Assembly: GCA_027593235.1 (NCBI GenBank)
Contig: JAQCIU010000003.1
Coordinates: 64,001-128,000 of the forward strand
Direction: 5' to 3'
Length of the DNA: 64,000 nucleotides
Source: Chloroflexota bacterium
Lineage (GTDB): Bacteria > Chloroflexota > Dehalococcoidia > UBA2979
Below, in pieces: positions 50,744 through 59,261 of the stretch. The translations under genes and the position numbers were made by a program. Below the pieces are notes generated by a model. That model had not been told where the DNA came from. It searched no databases and saw only the letters and a list, made by a program, of their open reading frames with translations. How positions within the stretch are numbered: position 1 is the stretch's first letter; each line of letters starts with the position of its first letter.

Positions 50744-51375
50744 TGGACGCCAACGCCGTTCGGAGGCGACCGTCCGTTGGTCTCCAGCGGCGGTGGCTTC
50801 TTGGAATGGCGGGCGCGGTGGTGCTGGCGGCGCTCGCGGTCGGTGCTTGGTCGTTCGCGTGGCCGGAATCGACGGAGCGTGATGAGTATGCGATTGGCCC
50901 TGTCAACTCGTTCGCCCGTGGGTCGGTCACGACCTACCTGTGGGTCGCCGGCGGCCTCCGCGAGCTTCCGGTCGGCGAGGTCTACGATGAGCGACCTCCC
51001 GGCTATCCCGGTGTCGGTTTGGATCTGGTTCATGTGGTGCGATATCCAGACGGTGACGTGAACGTGTTCTCGGGCGCCGCACCCTTCGGGGACTCGACCG
51101 TCCTCTGGTACCGGACTGATTCGGCACCTGATCGGGACGACTACGTCGGCCTGTTCGCGGAAGGGCGCCGTGGTTCGCGCTGGGCGTTGGATGGGACGCG
51201 ACTTTTTGGCCCGGCACCGCGCGGTCTCGATCAGTACGGGTTTCGCATCCGCGCCGACGGCGTTCTCGTACTCGACCTAAGCCGACGCACTGAGGGTGCA
51301 AGCGGACCCTTGGGAACGATTCCCTACGACGTCACATCTCCGGATTGGCCTACCCCGGGCTGGCCGTCGCGCTAG
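50743..51375 (+). CDS. Membrane-anchored Rieske-fold protein 3 (no ligands)
   Basis: RRWLL + TM + WP; APFGDS / EGRRGS; DGTRLFGPAPRGLDQY; TGATG coupling. Confidence 0.78.
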   Translation: MDANAVRRRPSVGLQRRWLLGMAGAVVLAALAVGAWSFAWPESTERDEYAIGPVNSFARGSVTTYLWVAGGLRELPVGEVYDERPPGYPGVGLDLVHVVRYPDGDVNVFSGAAPFGDSTVLWYRTDSAPDRDDYVGLFAEGRRGSRWALDGTRLFGPAPRGLDQYGFRIRADGVLVLDLSRRTEGASGPLGTIPYDVTSPDWPTPGWPSR

Positions 51376-51445
51376 CGTTCCTTGGCGGAGGCGGTAGCCT
51401 CCGCTCGACGCGTCCGAGGTTGGGCGTGGCGACGAGGAGGCGACG

Positions 51446-51877
51446 ATGGTGGCGGAGCTGACGACCGAGGAGGCGCATGCGTTCCTCGACAGCCGGCCGG
51501 GCTGGATCATCCTGACGACGTTCGACCGCAACGGGTATCCGCACACGGTGCCGATCGGCTATTTCCGCGTCGGTGACGAGGTGTTCATCGGGTGTCGCGA
51601 TGCGACGCAGAAGATTCGCAACATTGAGCGCAATCCGAAGGTGAGCCTGCTGATCGAGAGCGGATCGACGATGGCGGATCTCAAGGGGCTGATGCTCCAG
51701 GGCGACGCGGACGTGGTGCGCGACGACGCGGAGCGGCTGCGACTGGCGCGCGAGGGCGCGAAGCAGCGCGGGATGCCCGAGGCCGATTGGCCGACCGAGG
51801 TACGGTCGAGCAGCGTCTACATCCGGGTGCGCCCGCTGCGGATGGTGAGCTGGGACAACGCGAAGGCCGCGACCTAG
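51446..51877 (+). CDS. Pyridoxamine 5'-phosphate oxidase-like (PPOX/F420-binding) protein
   Basis: LTT..NGYPH.VP, QKIRNIERNPKVSLLI, SWDN. Confidence 0.88.
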   Translation: MVAELTTEEAHAFLDSRPGWIILTTFDRNGYPHTVPIGYFRVGDEVFIGCRDATQKIRNIERNPKVSLLIESGSTMADLKGLMLQGDADVVRDDAERLRLAREGAKQRGMPEADWPTEVRSSSVYIRVRPLRMVSWDNAKAAT

Positions 51878-51886
51878 CCGAAGGTC

Positions 51887-53605
51887 TTAGGCGGCGCGCG
51901 CCTCGTCGTTCGTTGTGGCCTCGTGCGGCGGCCCGATGGTGAGCCGGGTCGGCTCGACGGCTGGGGTGCCGGTGGCCCTCGCGAGGCGGGTGTCGCGGAC
52001 TTGCCAGCCGATTGCCACGGCGGCGGCGACGATCGCGAGGAGCAGCACGGCGGCGGCGTTGATCGCGAAGGCCCCCGCCTGGCCGTCGATGACGGCCTCG
52101 AGCTGATCGAGCGCGCGGACGGCGAGCGCGGTCGTGGCGCCATCTTCGGCGAGCAGTTGCGCCTGCCGATCGGCGACCGCCGTTTCGAGGCGGGGCGCGC
52201 CCACGAGGGCGTAGAGCGGCCCGGCGGCGACGGCGATGAAGAGCGCGGGGCCGGCTACGGCGGCAGCGGCCCAGGTTGCCCGCGACCACCAACGGCGGCC
52301 ACCGAGCATCCCGATCCACCCCGCGACGACGAGGATCAGCGTGGCCCCGGGGACGGCCCAGCTCGCGAACACCGAGGTGAACTGGCGTAGCTGCGCGAGC
52401 GGGTGCTGAGACGGCGCTGCGCCGGCTGCGGCGCCGTCCGCTGTGCCGGCCGGCAGGTCCTCGATGCCGAAGGTGCGTCCGTTGCTGGTGAAAAGCGCGC
52501 GCGCGTCATCGAGGGTGGCGAATGGCGGATCCTCGCTGGCGTCCAGCTCGCGCTGGATGTCGATGTCGTTCAGCACGAAACCGTCGCGGAGCAGCGTATC
52601 GGGGTCCGAGCGGAGGACTCCGGCGACGACCGGGGCGAGCGCCGGGTATGCGCTGAAGTTGATCTGAATGGCGAAGTGTTCGGTCTCGCCCGCGAGGTAC
52701 GAGGTCAGTTCCCGGACGGCGCCAAACAGCTCCGCCTCGAGCCACTGGGTCGCCTCGGCGCGCTCACTGCCGAGGAGGATGGTGAGCGGGCCGTCCGTGA
52801 CGGAGGCGCCCTGCGAGACGGCGTTGACGAGCTGTTGCGCTGGCTCCGGCTCCACCGATTGCGTGACGACCAGCAGCGTTTTCAACCCGTCCAACTGCTG
52901 GATGGAAGCGGCGCCGCCGAGGGCGGTCTCGGTGAGCTGGCGGATCTGCGCGTTCGGCGCTTCGGCCTCGTAGACGGAGCTGACGAGGCTGGTCTCCTCC
53001 TCGAGCGGCATGCCGTCGGCGCGGAGGCGGGAGAGCACGGGCAGCGAGAGCGGATCGTGGAACGCCTCGAGCTCCGGGATCTCTGTGGCGCCGCTGAGGC
53101 CGGCGATCGCGACGTTCCCGAGATCGAGGGTGGTCCAGGTGCGCTCGAACGCAGTGCTGTTGTCACCCGCTGCTCCCGAGGCGAGGAAGGCACTGTGTAG
53201 CGGCTCGCTGAGGCTGACCGCCCAATCGAGGTCGTCGCGCTCTCCTCGGAGGTAGGCGACGAGGCTGTCGATGCCGTCGGTGGTGATGTCCTCGAGGACT
53301 GTTGGCGGCAAGGCGGTGCGGGCGAAATCGAGCAGCGCGGCGCGCGAGGCGGGGTCGGTCGGCAGCGCGACGCCGTGGAGGCTGTCGGGGAGCTGCTGGT
53401 CTTGTTCGGCGAGGAAGTCATCGACGGCGCGCGGGAGCACTTCGTCGTGGACGGCGTCGAAGACGCCGACAGCGGCCAGTTGGTCCTCGTAGAAGCTGGA
53501 GGCGAGGACGGTCTCGTTCGCACGGTGCACGACCAGCGTGACGGCGAGCAGCAGCGTCAACACGACGGCAAGCGGAACAGTGAGGGCGCGGCGCACGACG
53601 ATCAC
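51887..53605 (-). CDS. Hypothetical membrane protein (N-terminal TM, large acidic extracytoplasmic region, 3 C-terminal TMs)
   Basis: 572-aa ORF with clear hydrophobicity pattern; no recognised motif. Confidence 0.75.
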   Translation of the reverse strand: MIVVRRALTVPLAVVLTLLLAVTLVVHRANETVLASSFYEDQLAAVGVFDAVHDEVLPRAVDDFLAEQDQQLPDSLHGVALPTDPASRAALLDFARTALPPTVLEDITTDGIDSLVAYLRGERDDLDWAVSLSEPLHSAFLASGAAGDNSTAFERTWTTLDLGNVAIAGLSGATEIPELEAFHDPLSLPVLSRLRADGMPLEEETSLVSSVYEAEAPNAQIRQLTETALGGAASIQQLDGLKTLLVVTQSVEPEPAQQLVNAVSQGASVTDGPLTILLGSERAEATQWLEAELFGAVRELTSYLAGETEHFAIQINFSAYPALAPVVAGVLRSDPDTLLRDGFVLNDIDIQRELDASEDPPFATLDDARALFTSNGRTFGIEDLPAGTADGAAAGAAPSQHPLAQLRQFTSVFASWAVPGATLILVVAGWIGMLGGRRWWSRATWAAAAVAGPALFIAVAAGPLYALVGAPRLETAVADRQAQLLAEDGATTALAVRALDQLEAVIDGQAGAFAINAAAVLLLAIVAAAVAIGWQVRDTRLARATGTPAVEPTRLTIGPPHEATTNDEARAA

Positions 53606-53766
53606 GGAAAACTCCCGATCGTGGTCACGCGAGATCGCACGACCGTCTGGGGATCATCGGTTCATCGGTGGGAGCGGACAGTGAGGTTCGCAAGGGCGGC
53701 GTCAGGTTGGTCTGGGCGCCAGCCGTGCGGTCGGCCGGATAGCGGGCCAGCCCGAGGCCGGTGGCG

Positions 53767-53780
53767 GTGACGGCGATCAC
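53767..53780. promoter_or_regulatory. CRP-like box GTGA-N6-TCAC
   Basis: GGTGA-CGGCGA-TCACG, 63 bp upstream of the Trx-CRP gene. Confidence 0.5.
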
Positions 53781-53843
53781 GGCCCGCCGCTGGATGAACG
53801 CGGACACTGACAGGGTGCGGTCGCACGGACCGATCCGGAGCAG

Positions 53844-54887
53844 ATGATGGCCAGTTCAACCCTCCGGGGCCTGCGCGCGACGGAGCGTTTGGGCGGCGTA
53901 CCCGGGGGCATCTCGACACTCACGGTGTACGTGGAGCCGGGCTGTAGCTCGTGTCACGCGGCGCGCGAGGTGGCGCATCGCGTGCGCAGCATCTACCCGG
54001 AGATCCGCGTCCGTGTCGTGGACCTCAGCGAGGTATCCTCGGACGAGGTTCCCGACGAGGTATTCGCGGCACCGACGTTCCTCCTTGATGGCGAGGTCGT
54101 GTCGTTGGGTACGCCCGCGTGGGGAACGCTGACGGCACTCCTGGAGCGCGCGCCCTCGGGACAGCGCGAACAGGGTGGAGGCGAGTTCTTGGCGACGAGC
54201 ATGTCCCGATCGCTTCCTACACCCGACGCGACGCCGTGTCTGATGGAGGCCGATCTCTTCCAGGATCTGGCGCCCCCGGAGATGCAGGAGATCGAGCGCA
54301 GCACGACGATGAGTTCGTGCAAACGCGGCACGGTCTTCTTCGCGCCCGAGGAAACCGGCGAGGTGCTGTTCATCCTCAAGGCCGGGCGCGTGAACCTGTA
54401 CCGCGTGACCGAAGAGGGCAAGAAACTGGTGACCGCGACGCTGGAGCCTGGCTCCGTGTTCGGCGAGATGATGCTGGTCGGACAGGGGATGAGCGGCAGC
54501 TTCGCGGAGGCGGCGGAGGACTGCACGCTCTGCGTGATGTCGCGGCAGGACGTCCAGCGCGTGATCCACCAGTACCCTGCGATCGCGCTGCGGCTGCTGG
54601 AGGGCATGGCACGGCGCCTGGACGACGCCGAGGAGCGCCTAGCGGACGTGGCTTACAAGTCCGTGCCGGCGCGGATCGCGACGACGTTGCTGCGCCTGTC
54701 GGGTCCGGACAATCGACCGGTGAACCTGTCGCACCAGGACATCGCGGACATGGTGGGCACCTACCGCGAGACGGCGACCCGGATCCTGAACGAGATGCGT
54801 GGCGACTAGCTGGTTGAGCTGAAGCGGATGCGGATCAGCGTGACGGATCGCCGCCGGCTCGCGCTCCTCGCCGCCGAGGTCGTCTAG
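53844..54887 (+). CDS. Thioredoxin/glutaredoxin-like domain (CSSC) in frame with a Crp/Fnr regulator; in-frame TAG at 54807-54809
   Basis: YVEPGCSSC...APTFLLDG; cNMP-fold FGE; HTH HQDIADMVGTYRETATRIL; after the TAG the frame continues LVELKRMRISVTDRRRLALLA. Confidence 0.85.
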
Positions 54888-54965
54888 CAGTAAGACTATT
54901 CGGTTCTCTTCGGTCTCATCGAGGCCAGTGCGTGCCTCTTTCCCAACGAACGGTGTCCGTCCTCG

Positions 54966-56177
54966 ATGGTCTCCCGCACGGTGATCACGCTGGCGATCGC
55001 GATGTTCTCCGCCGCTTTTGGCGTGGGGATCGTCGCGCCCGTACTCCCGGTGCGCGCGGAGGAACTGGGCGCGAGCGGTGCGCAGGTGGGGCTCACGTTC
55101 TCGGCGTTCGCACTCACCCAGCTCTTCGTCAGTCCATTCACCGGACGGATCGCGGATCGTTACGGTCGCAAGCAGTTCATCCTGATCGGCATCGCGACCT
55201 ACATCATCGCGGCGCTGGGCTGGCGGGAGACCGACAGCATCAGCGTGGTGATCGCCCTGCGCGCGCTGACCGGGATTGGCTCCGGCCTCGTCTTCTCGCT
55301 CGTCCTCTCCTACATCGGCGACCTTGCTCCCGAGGGCCAGGAGGGACGGTACATGGGGCTGTTCGGGGTGTTCGAGTTCCTCGGATTTGGGATGGGGCCG
55401 GTGGTGTCCGGCGTCGTCCGCGACCGCGCGGGGTTCGACGCCGTGTTCCTGTTGATGGCGGGGATGCTCTCGGTGAGTGGCGTCGTGATCCTGTTGTTCC
55501 TGCCGTGGTGGATCGATCGCCAGGGCGAAGGCACCGTGCGCAAACGGCTGGTGCCGTGGAGCGAGATCCTCGGCGATCGTTACCTGCAGGCGCTGTTCGC
55601 GCAGCGGGTGGGCTTCTCGTTCGCATTCGGGTCGGCGTTCTCCTTCCTCGCGCTGTACCTGGAGGAGGAGATCGCGGCGACGGCGACCATAGTGGGCTTC
55701 GTGCTCGCCGGGCAGGAGTTGCTCGGCGGTGGGCTGCAGCCGCTGTTTGGGCCGCTTGCCGATCGGTTCGATCGCCGGATCCTCGTGGCGGTCGGCAGCG
55801 TCATCGTCGCCGCGGGGTATCTGACGATGGCGTTCACGTCCGAGTACTGGGTCATTCTCGCGGCGTTCGTTGGCGGCGCCGGTCTGGGATCGGCGTTGAT
55901 GAGCGTGTCCTCGATGGCGATCCAGGTCGATCTTGGGCGACGACTGGGGATGGCGACGACGATGAGTTTCGCCTCGACGGGGTTTGCCGCCGGGGTGCTG
56001 ATCGGATCGCTATCCGCGGGCTACATCGCGGATGCCGCCGGGACGCGGTACGTGTTCCTTGCGGCCGCGGTCGCAGTTCTGCTGGGTGCGGGGGCGTTCG
56101 TGCTTCGCACGCTGCAGCCGCTGCCCGCGTTGCCGCCTGGTGACCTTGCTCACGACGCAGGTGCTCCGTCTGCGTAA
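54966..56177 (+). CDS. MFS transporter
   Basis: GRIADRYGRK and GPLADRFDRR motif A copies; about 12 TM. Confidence 0.92.
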   Translation: MVSRTVITLAIAMFSAAFGVGIVAPVLPVRAEELGASGAQVGLTFSAFALTQLFVSPFTGRIADRYGRKQFILIGIATYIIAALGWRETDSISVVIALRALTGIGSGLVFSLVLSYIGDLAPEGQEGRYMGLFGVFEFLGFGMGPVVSGVVRDRAGFDAVFLLMAGMLSVSGVVILLFLPWWIDRQGEGTVRKRLVPWSEILGDRYLQALFAQRVGFSFAFGSAFSFLALYLEEEIAATATIVGFVLAGQELLGGGLQPLFGPLADRFDRRILVAVGSVIVAAGYLTMAFTSEYWVILAAFVGGAGLGSALMSVSSMAIQVDLGRRLGMATTMSFASTGFAAGVLIGSLSAGYIADAAGTRYVFLAAAVAVLLGAGAFVLRTLQPLPALPPGDLAHDAGAPSA

Positions 56178-56223
56178 TACTTCGGTCATCCTCTCGTCCC
56201 AGACGTCCGATAGTCTCGAAGTG

Positions 56224-56790
56224 ATGAAGACGAACAACCGCCGCTTCCGCCGCACCCATTCGATGTTTGCCATCGCGACGCTGATCGCGCTGGGCGCGCT
56301 CGCCTGTGGCTGGACAGAGACGGCGGCGACAGCGACCGCGACGGTCGGGGCGACCGAGGCCGCGCAAGCGGCGGCGACCGACGGCGCGACGAGCTACGAC
56401 TTCCCGACAGGCGATGCGGTGCTGGTGCCAGTTGGCTATCAGCACCCCGGCGATCACGTGGACAATACCGGCGCGTTCCTCCCGGCGAACGGGAAGCCGA
56501 CGATGGTGTTCGTCGATGCGATTTGGTGACCGACCTGCGCGCTGACGCGGCCCGTCGTGCACGGGCTCCGACCGGAATACCAGGACAAAGTGAACTTCGT
56601 GATCCTCGATTACGACATCGCCGAGCAGCGTGAGTTCGCGGGGGAGATGGCTGCGGCGCGGCACCCGGCGTTCGCGGTGATCCCGCCGAACGAGGGCCCG
56701 AATCGTGCGTCGGAACTCCGCTTCGGGCCATTCAACGAGGACGGGCTGCGCGAGTACCTGGATGGCGTGATCGCCAGCTACGGCAGCTAG
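56224..56790 (+). CDS. Putative thioredoxin-fold lipoprotein selenoprotein (UxxC; UGA at 56527-56529)
   Basis: Signal + LAC lipobox; GKPTMVFVDAIW-TGA-PTC continues in frame into the 56557-56790 ORF (VNFVILDYD...HPAF); SECIS-like hairpin. Confidence 0.75.
56550..56566 (+). promoter_or_regulatory. Candidate bacterial SECIS element
   Basis: GCCCGT-CGTGC-ACGGGC; loop starts 26 nt after UGA, with G at loop position 2. Confidence 0.6.
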
Positions 56791-56846
56791 CGCTCAGCCC
56801 GACTGCTGCCCCGCCAGCGTCCCGGACGCTGTCCCGACTGCCCTCG

Positions 56847-58160
56847 CTAGCCGCAGATGCCGCGGATGGTGTCGTGCAGGATCCGGATGCCCATCCGCAG
56901 GTTCTCGATCGAGAGGCATTCGTCGTTGCCGTGCGCGCGGCCGACTTCCTTCGGCCCCAGCAGCACCGGGATAAAGCCGTAGGCGGTGATGCCGTGGCGA
57001 CGGAACACGCGCGAGTCGGTGAAGCCGGTCGAGACGCTGGGGACGACCAGCGCGTCCTCGACGTGCGACTTGGCGGTCGCCGACATCACGGCGTACAGCT
57101 CCGTATCGAGGCGTGACGGGGGCGTCGAGGATTCGAACTCGCGCGTGATCTCGACGCCGGCGTCGTCGATCACCTCGCGCAGTTCGCGCATGAACTCCTC
57201 GGGGTCGTAGGCAGGGACGAGCCGGCAGTCGAGGGTGGCCGTGGCCTCGGCGGGGATCACGTTCATCTTCACGCCGGCGTGCAACGTGGTGAGCGAGATC
57301 GAGTTGGTCTGGAGCGAGTGGATGCGCGGGTGCTGCGCGGCGAGCCCGGCGAGCATCGATTCGGTCGGGGCTTCCGCGACGACACCCGCCTCGTGCAGCA
57401 ACTGGAAGTACTCCTGGACCTCGGGGGTGACGATCAGCGGGCGGTCCCAGGCAGCGATGCGGTCCAACGCGCGCACCAGGCGTACGGCCGCGTTGTCGGC
57501 GGTGGGGACGGAGCCGTGACCGGGCGCACCGACGGTGCGCAGCTTGAGCCAGAACGGCCCCTTCTCGGAGACGCCGATGTTGAAGGTCGGGCGCTCCACG
57601 CCGAGCACCTCGACGGTGCCGGACCCGCCCTCGTTGATCACGTACTCGCAATCGAGGAGTTCGGGGTGCTCCTTCGCGAGGTACTCCGCGCCAAAGGCAG
57701 AGCCGGCTTCCTCGTCGGCGACGGCCATGAAGACCAGGTCGCGCTTGAGCGGGAGGTTGTGGCGCTTGTGGAGGAGGAAGGAGATGAACTCCATAATCCC
57801 CATCCCCTTCATATCGGTGGCGCCGCGCCCCCAGATGAAGCCGTCGCGGATCTCGCCGGCCATCGGTTCGACGGTCCAGTGCTCACGCTCGAAGGGGACG
57901 ACGTCGGTGTGGTTGAGGAGGATGAGCGCCTTGCCACGTGAGCCGTCGCCGGGCAGGCGGGCGACGAGGTTGAGGCGATCCGGGGTCGCGCCGTAGGTCT
58001 CGTAGGGAATGCCTTCGCGATCAAGGATTTCGCCGAACCAGGCGACGGCGCGGCTTTCGTTCCCCGGGGGATTGATGGTGTCCACGCGGATGTATTCGGA
58101 GAGCCATTCCGTGGCCTGCTCACCAAGGGCGTCCCAGTCGATCCGGGGCTGTGTGGTCAC
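56847..58160 (-). CDS. M20/M25/M40 family metallopeptidase/aminoacylase
   Basis: NPPGNE, HTDVVP, WGRGATDMKG, ADEE, GHGS, NVIP, HGNDE. Confidence 0.92.
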   Translation of the reverse strand: MTTQPRIDWDALGEQATEWLSEYIRVDTINPPGNESRAVAWFGEILDREGIPYETYGATPDRLNLVARLPGDGSRGKALILLNHTDVVPFEREHWTVEPMAGEIRDGFIWGRGATDMKGMGIMEFISFLLHKRHNLPLKRDLVFMAVADEEAGSAFGAEYLAKEHPELLDCEYVINEGGSGTVEVLGVERPTFNIGVSEKGPFWLKLRTVGAPGHGSVPTADNAAVRLVRALDRIAAWDRPLIVTPEVQEYFQLLHEAGVVAEAPTESMLAGLAAQHPRIHSLQTNSISLTTLHAGVKMNVIPAEATATLDCRLVPAYDPEEFMRELREVIDDAGVEITREFESSTPPSRLDTELYAVMSATAKSHVEDALVVPSVSTGFTDSRVFRRHGITAYGFIPVLLGPKEVGRAHGNDECLSIENLRMGIRILHDTIRGICG

Positions 58161-58175
58161 CGCGTGGTCTCCTTC

Positions 58176-58211
58176 TGAGTCCCTTGAATCCGCTGAATCC
58201 GCTGAATCCGT
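58176..58211. repeat. 9-bp tandem repeat (TGAATCCGY x3 plus one degenerate unit)
   Basis: TGAGTCCCT TGAATCCGC TGAATCCGC TGAATCCGT. Confidence 0.85.
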
Positions 58212-58220
58212 GTGAGGCGG

Positions 58221-59084
58221 CTAGGCGCTGAATGCCTGCTTGAACTGCTCGATCGCGGTGATGTGTTGGCCGACCGAGGTGAAGCCAGCGTTCATGGTGC
58301 CGACCCCGAGGTGAGTGACCCCCGCTTCGACCCACTCGTTCGCGAGCGCGACGGCTTCGCTGACGTCCCCGCCGAGCTGCACTCGGCCCTCGACACCGAC
58401 GTCCGAGGGCGATCGGCCCGCTGCCTTCGCGGCGGCGTGCACCCGCTCGAGGCCGGCCGCGAGTTCTTCGGGCTTGCGGTACTGGGGGAACCAGCCGTCG
58501 GCGAGGCGGCCGACGCGTTCGATCACGGGGTCGGACATGCCGCCCATCCAGATCGGGATCGCGCGCTTGGTCGGGAGTGGCTTGATGCCGGCGCGAACGA
58601 CCGAGTGGTGGCGTCCCTCGAAGCTGACCGTCGGCTCGGCCCAGAGCGCGCGGAGGAGGGCGATCTGCTCCTCGACGCGGCGGCCGCGGTCGTGGAAGTT
58701 CTCGCCGAGCGCCTCGTATTCGACGGCGTTCCAGCCGACGCCGACGCCGAGGCGGAGCCGTCCGCCGGAGAGCACATCGACCTCGGCGGCCTGCTTGGCG
58801 ACCAGGGCGGTCTGCCGCTGGGGGAGGATCAGGATGCCGGTCACCAGTTCGAGGCGCTGGGTGATCGCGGCGAGGTAGCCGAACAGCACCATCGGCTCGT
58901 GAAACAGCGTCTCGTGATCGTACGGACCAGTGAAGCCGCCGGGCCGATCACGTTCGGCGCCGAGGACGTGATCGTAGACCACCAGGTGCTCGTACCCGGC
59001 GGCCTCGGCGGCCAGTGCGTAGTCGCGGACCGGGCCGGGGTCGGCGCCGATCTCCGTTTGTGGGAAGACCACCCCGAGTTGCAT
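58221..59084 (-). CDS. LLM class F420-dependent oxidoreductase
   Basis: YDHV, FHEP, ILILPQRQTALVAKQAAEVDVLSGGRLRLGVGVGWN.VEY. Confidence 0.92.
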   Translation of the reverse strand: MQLGVVFPQTEIGADPGPVRDYALAAEAAGYEHLVVYDHVLGAERDRPGGFTGPYDHETLFHEPMVLFGYLAAITQRLELVTGILILPQRQTALVAKQAAEVDVLSGGRLRLGVGVGWNAVEYEALGENFHDRGRRVEEQIALLRALWAEPTVSFEGRHHSVVRAGIKPLPTKRAIPIWMGGMSDPVIERVGRLADGWFPQYRKPEELAAGLERVHAAAKAAGRSPSDVGVEGRVQLGGDVSEAVALANEWVEAGVTHLGVGTMNAGFTSVGQHITAIEQFKQAFSA

Positions 59085-59261
59085 GTGCGCCCCTGTCCCG
59101 TGGTGCCTCTAGCGTGGGCCCGGTAGTGCGCGCGCTCCGCGAAGCCGCCCGGGTGTCGTCACCTTGGCGACAGCACGATCCCCTGTCAACGCGGGCGATG
59201 ACGGGCGTGAACGCGCTCGCGTGGCGGACGGCCGATCGGTAGCCTCACCGCCAGCACGACG

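Noticed and set aside
49617-51375. Cytochrome bc/b6f complex operon
   Set aside because: No cytochrome b or c1 genes adjacent, and none of the three proteins has a full Cys2His2 ligand set.
58176-58211. CRISPR array
   Set aside because: 9-bp units without spacers; no cas genes.
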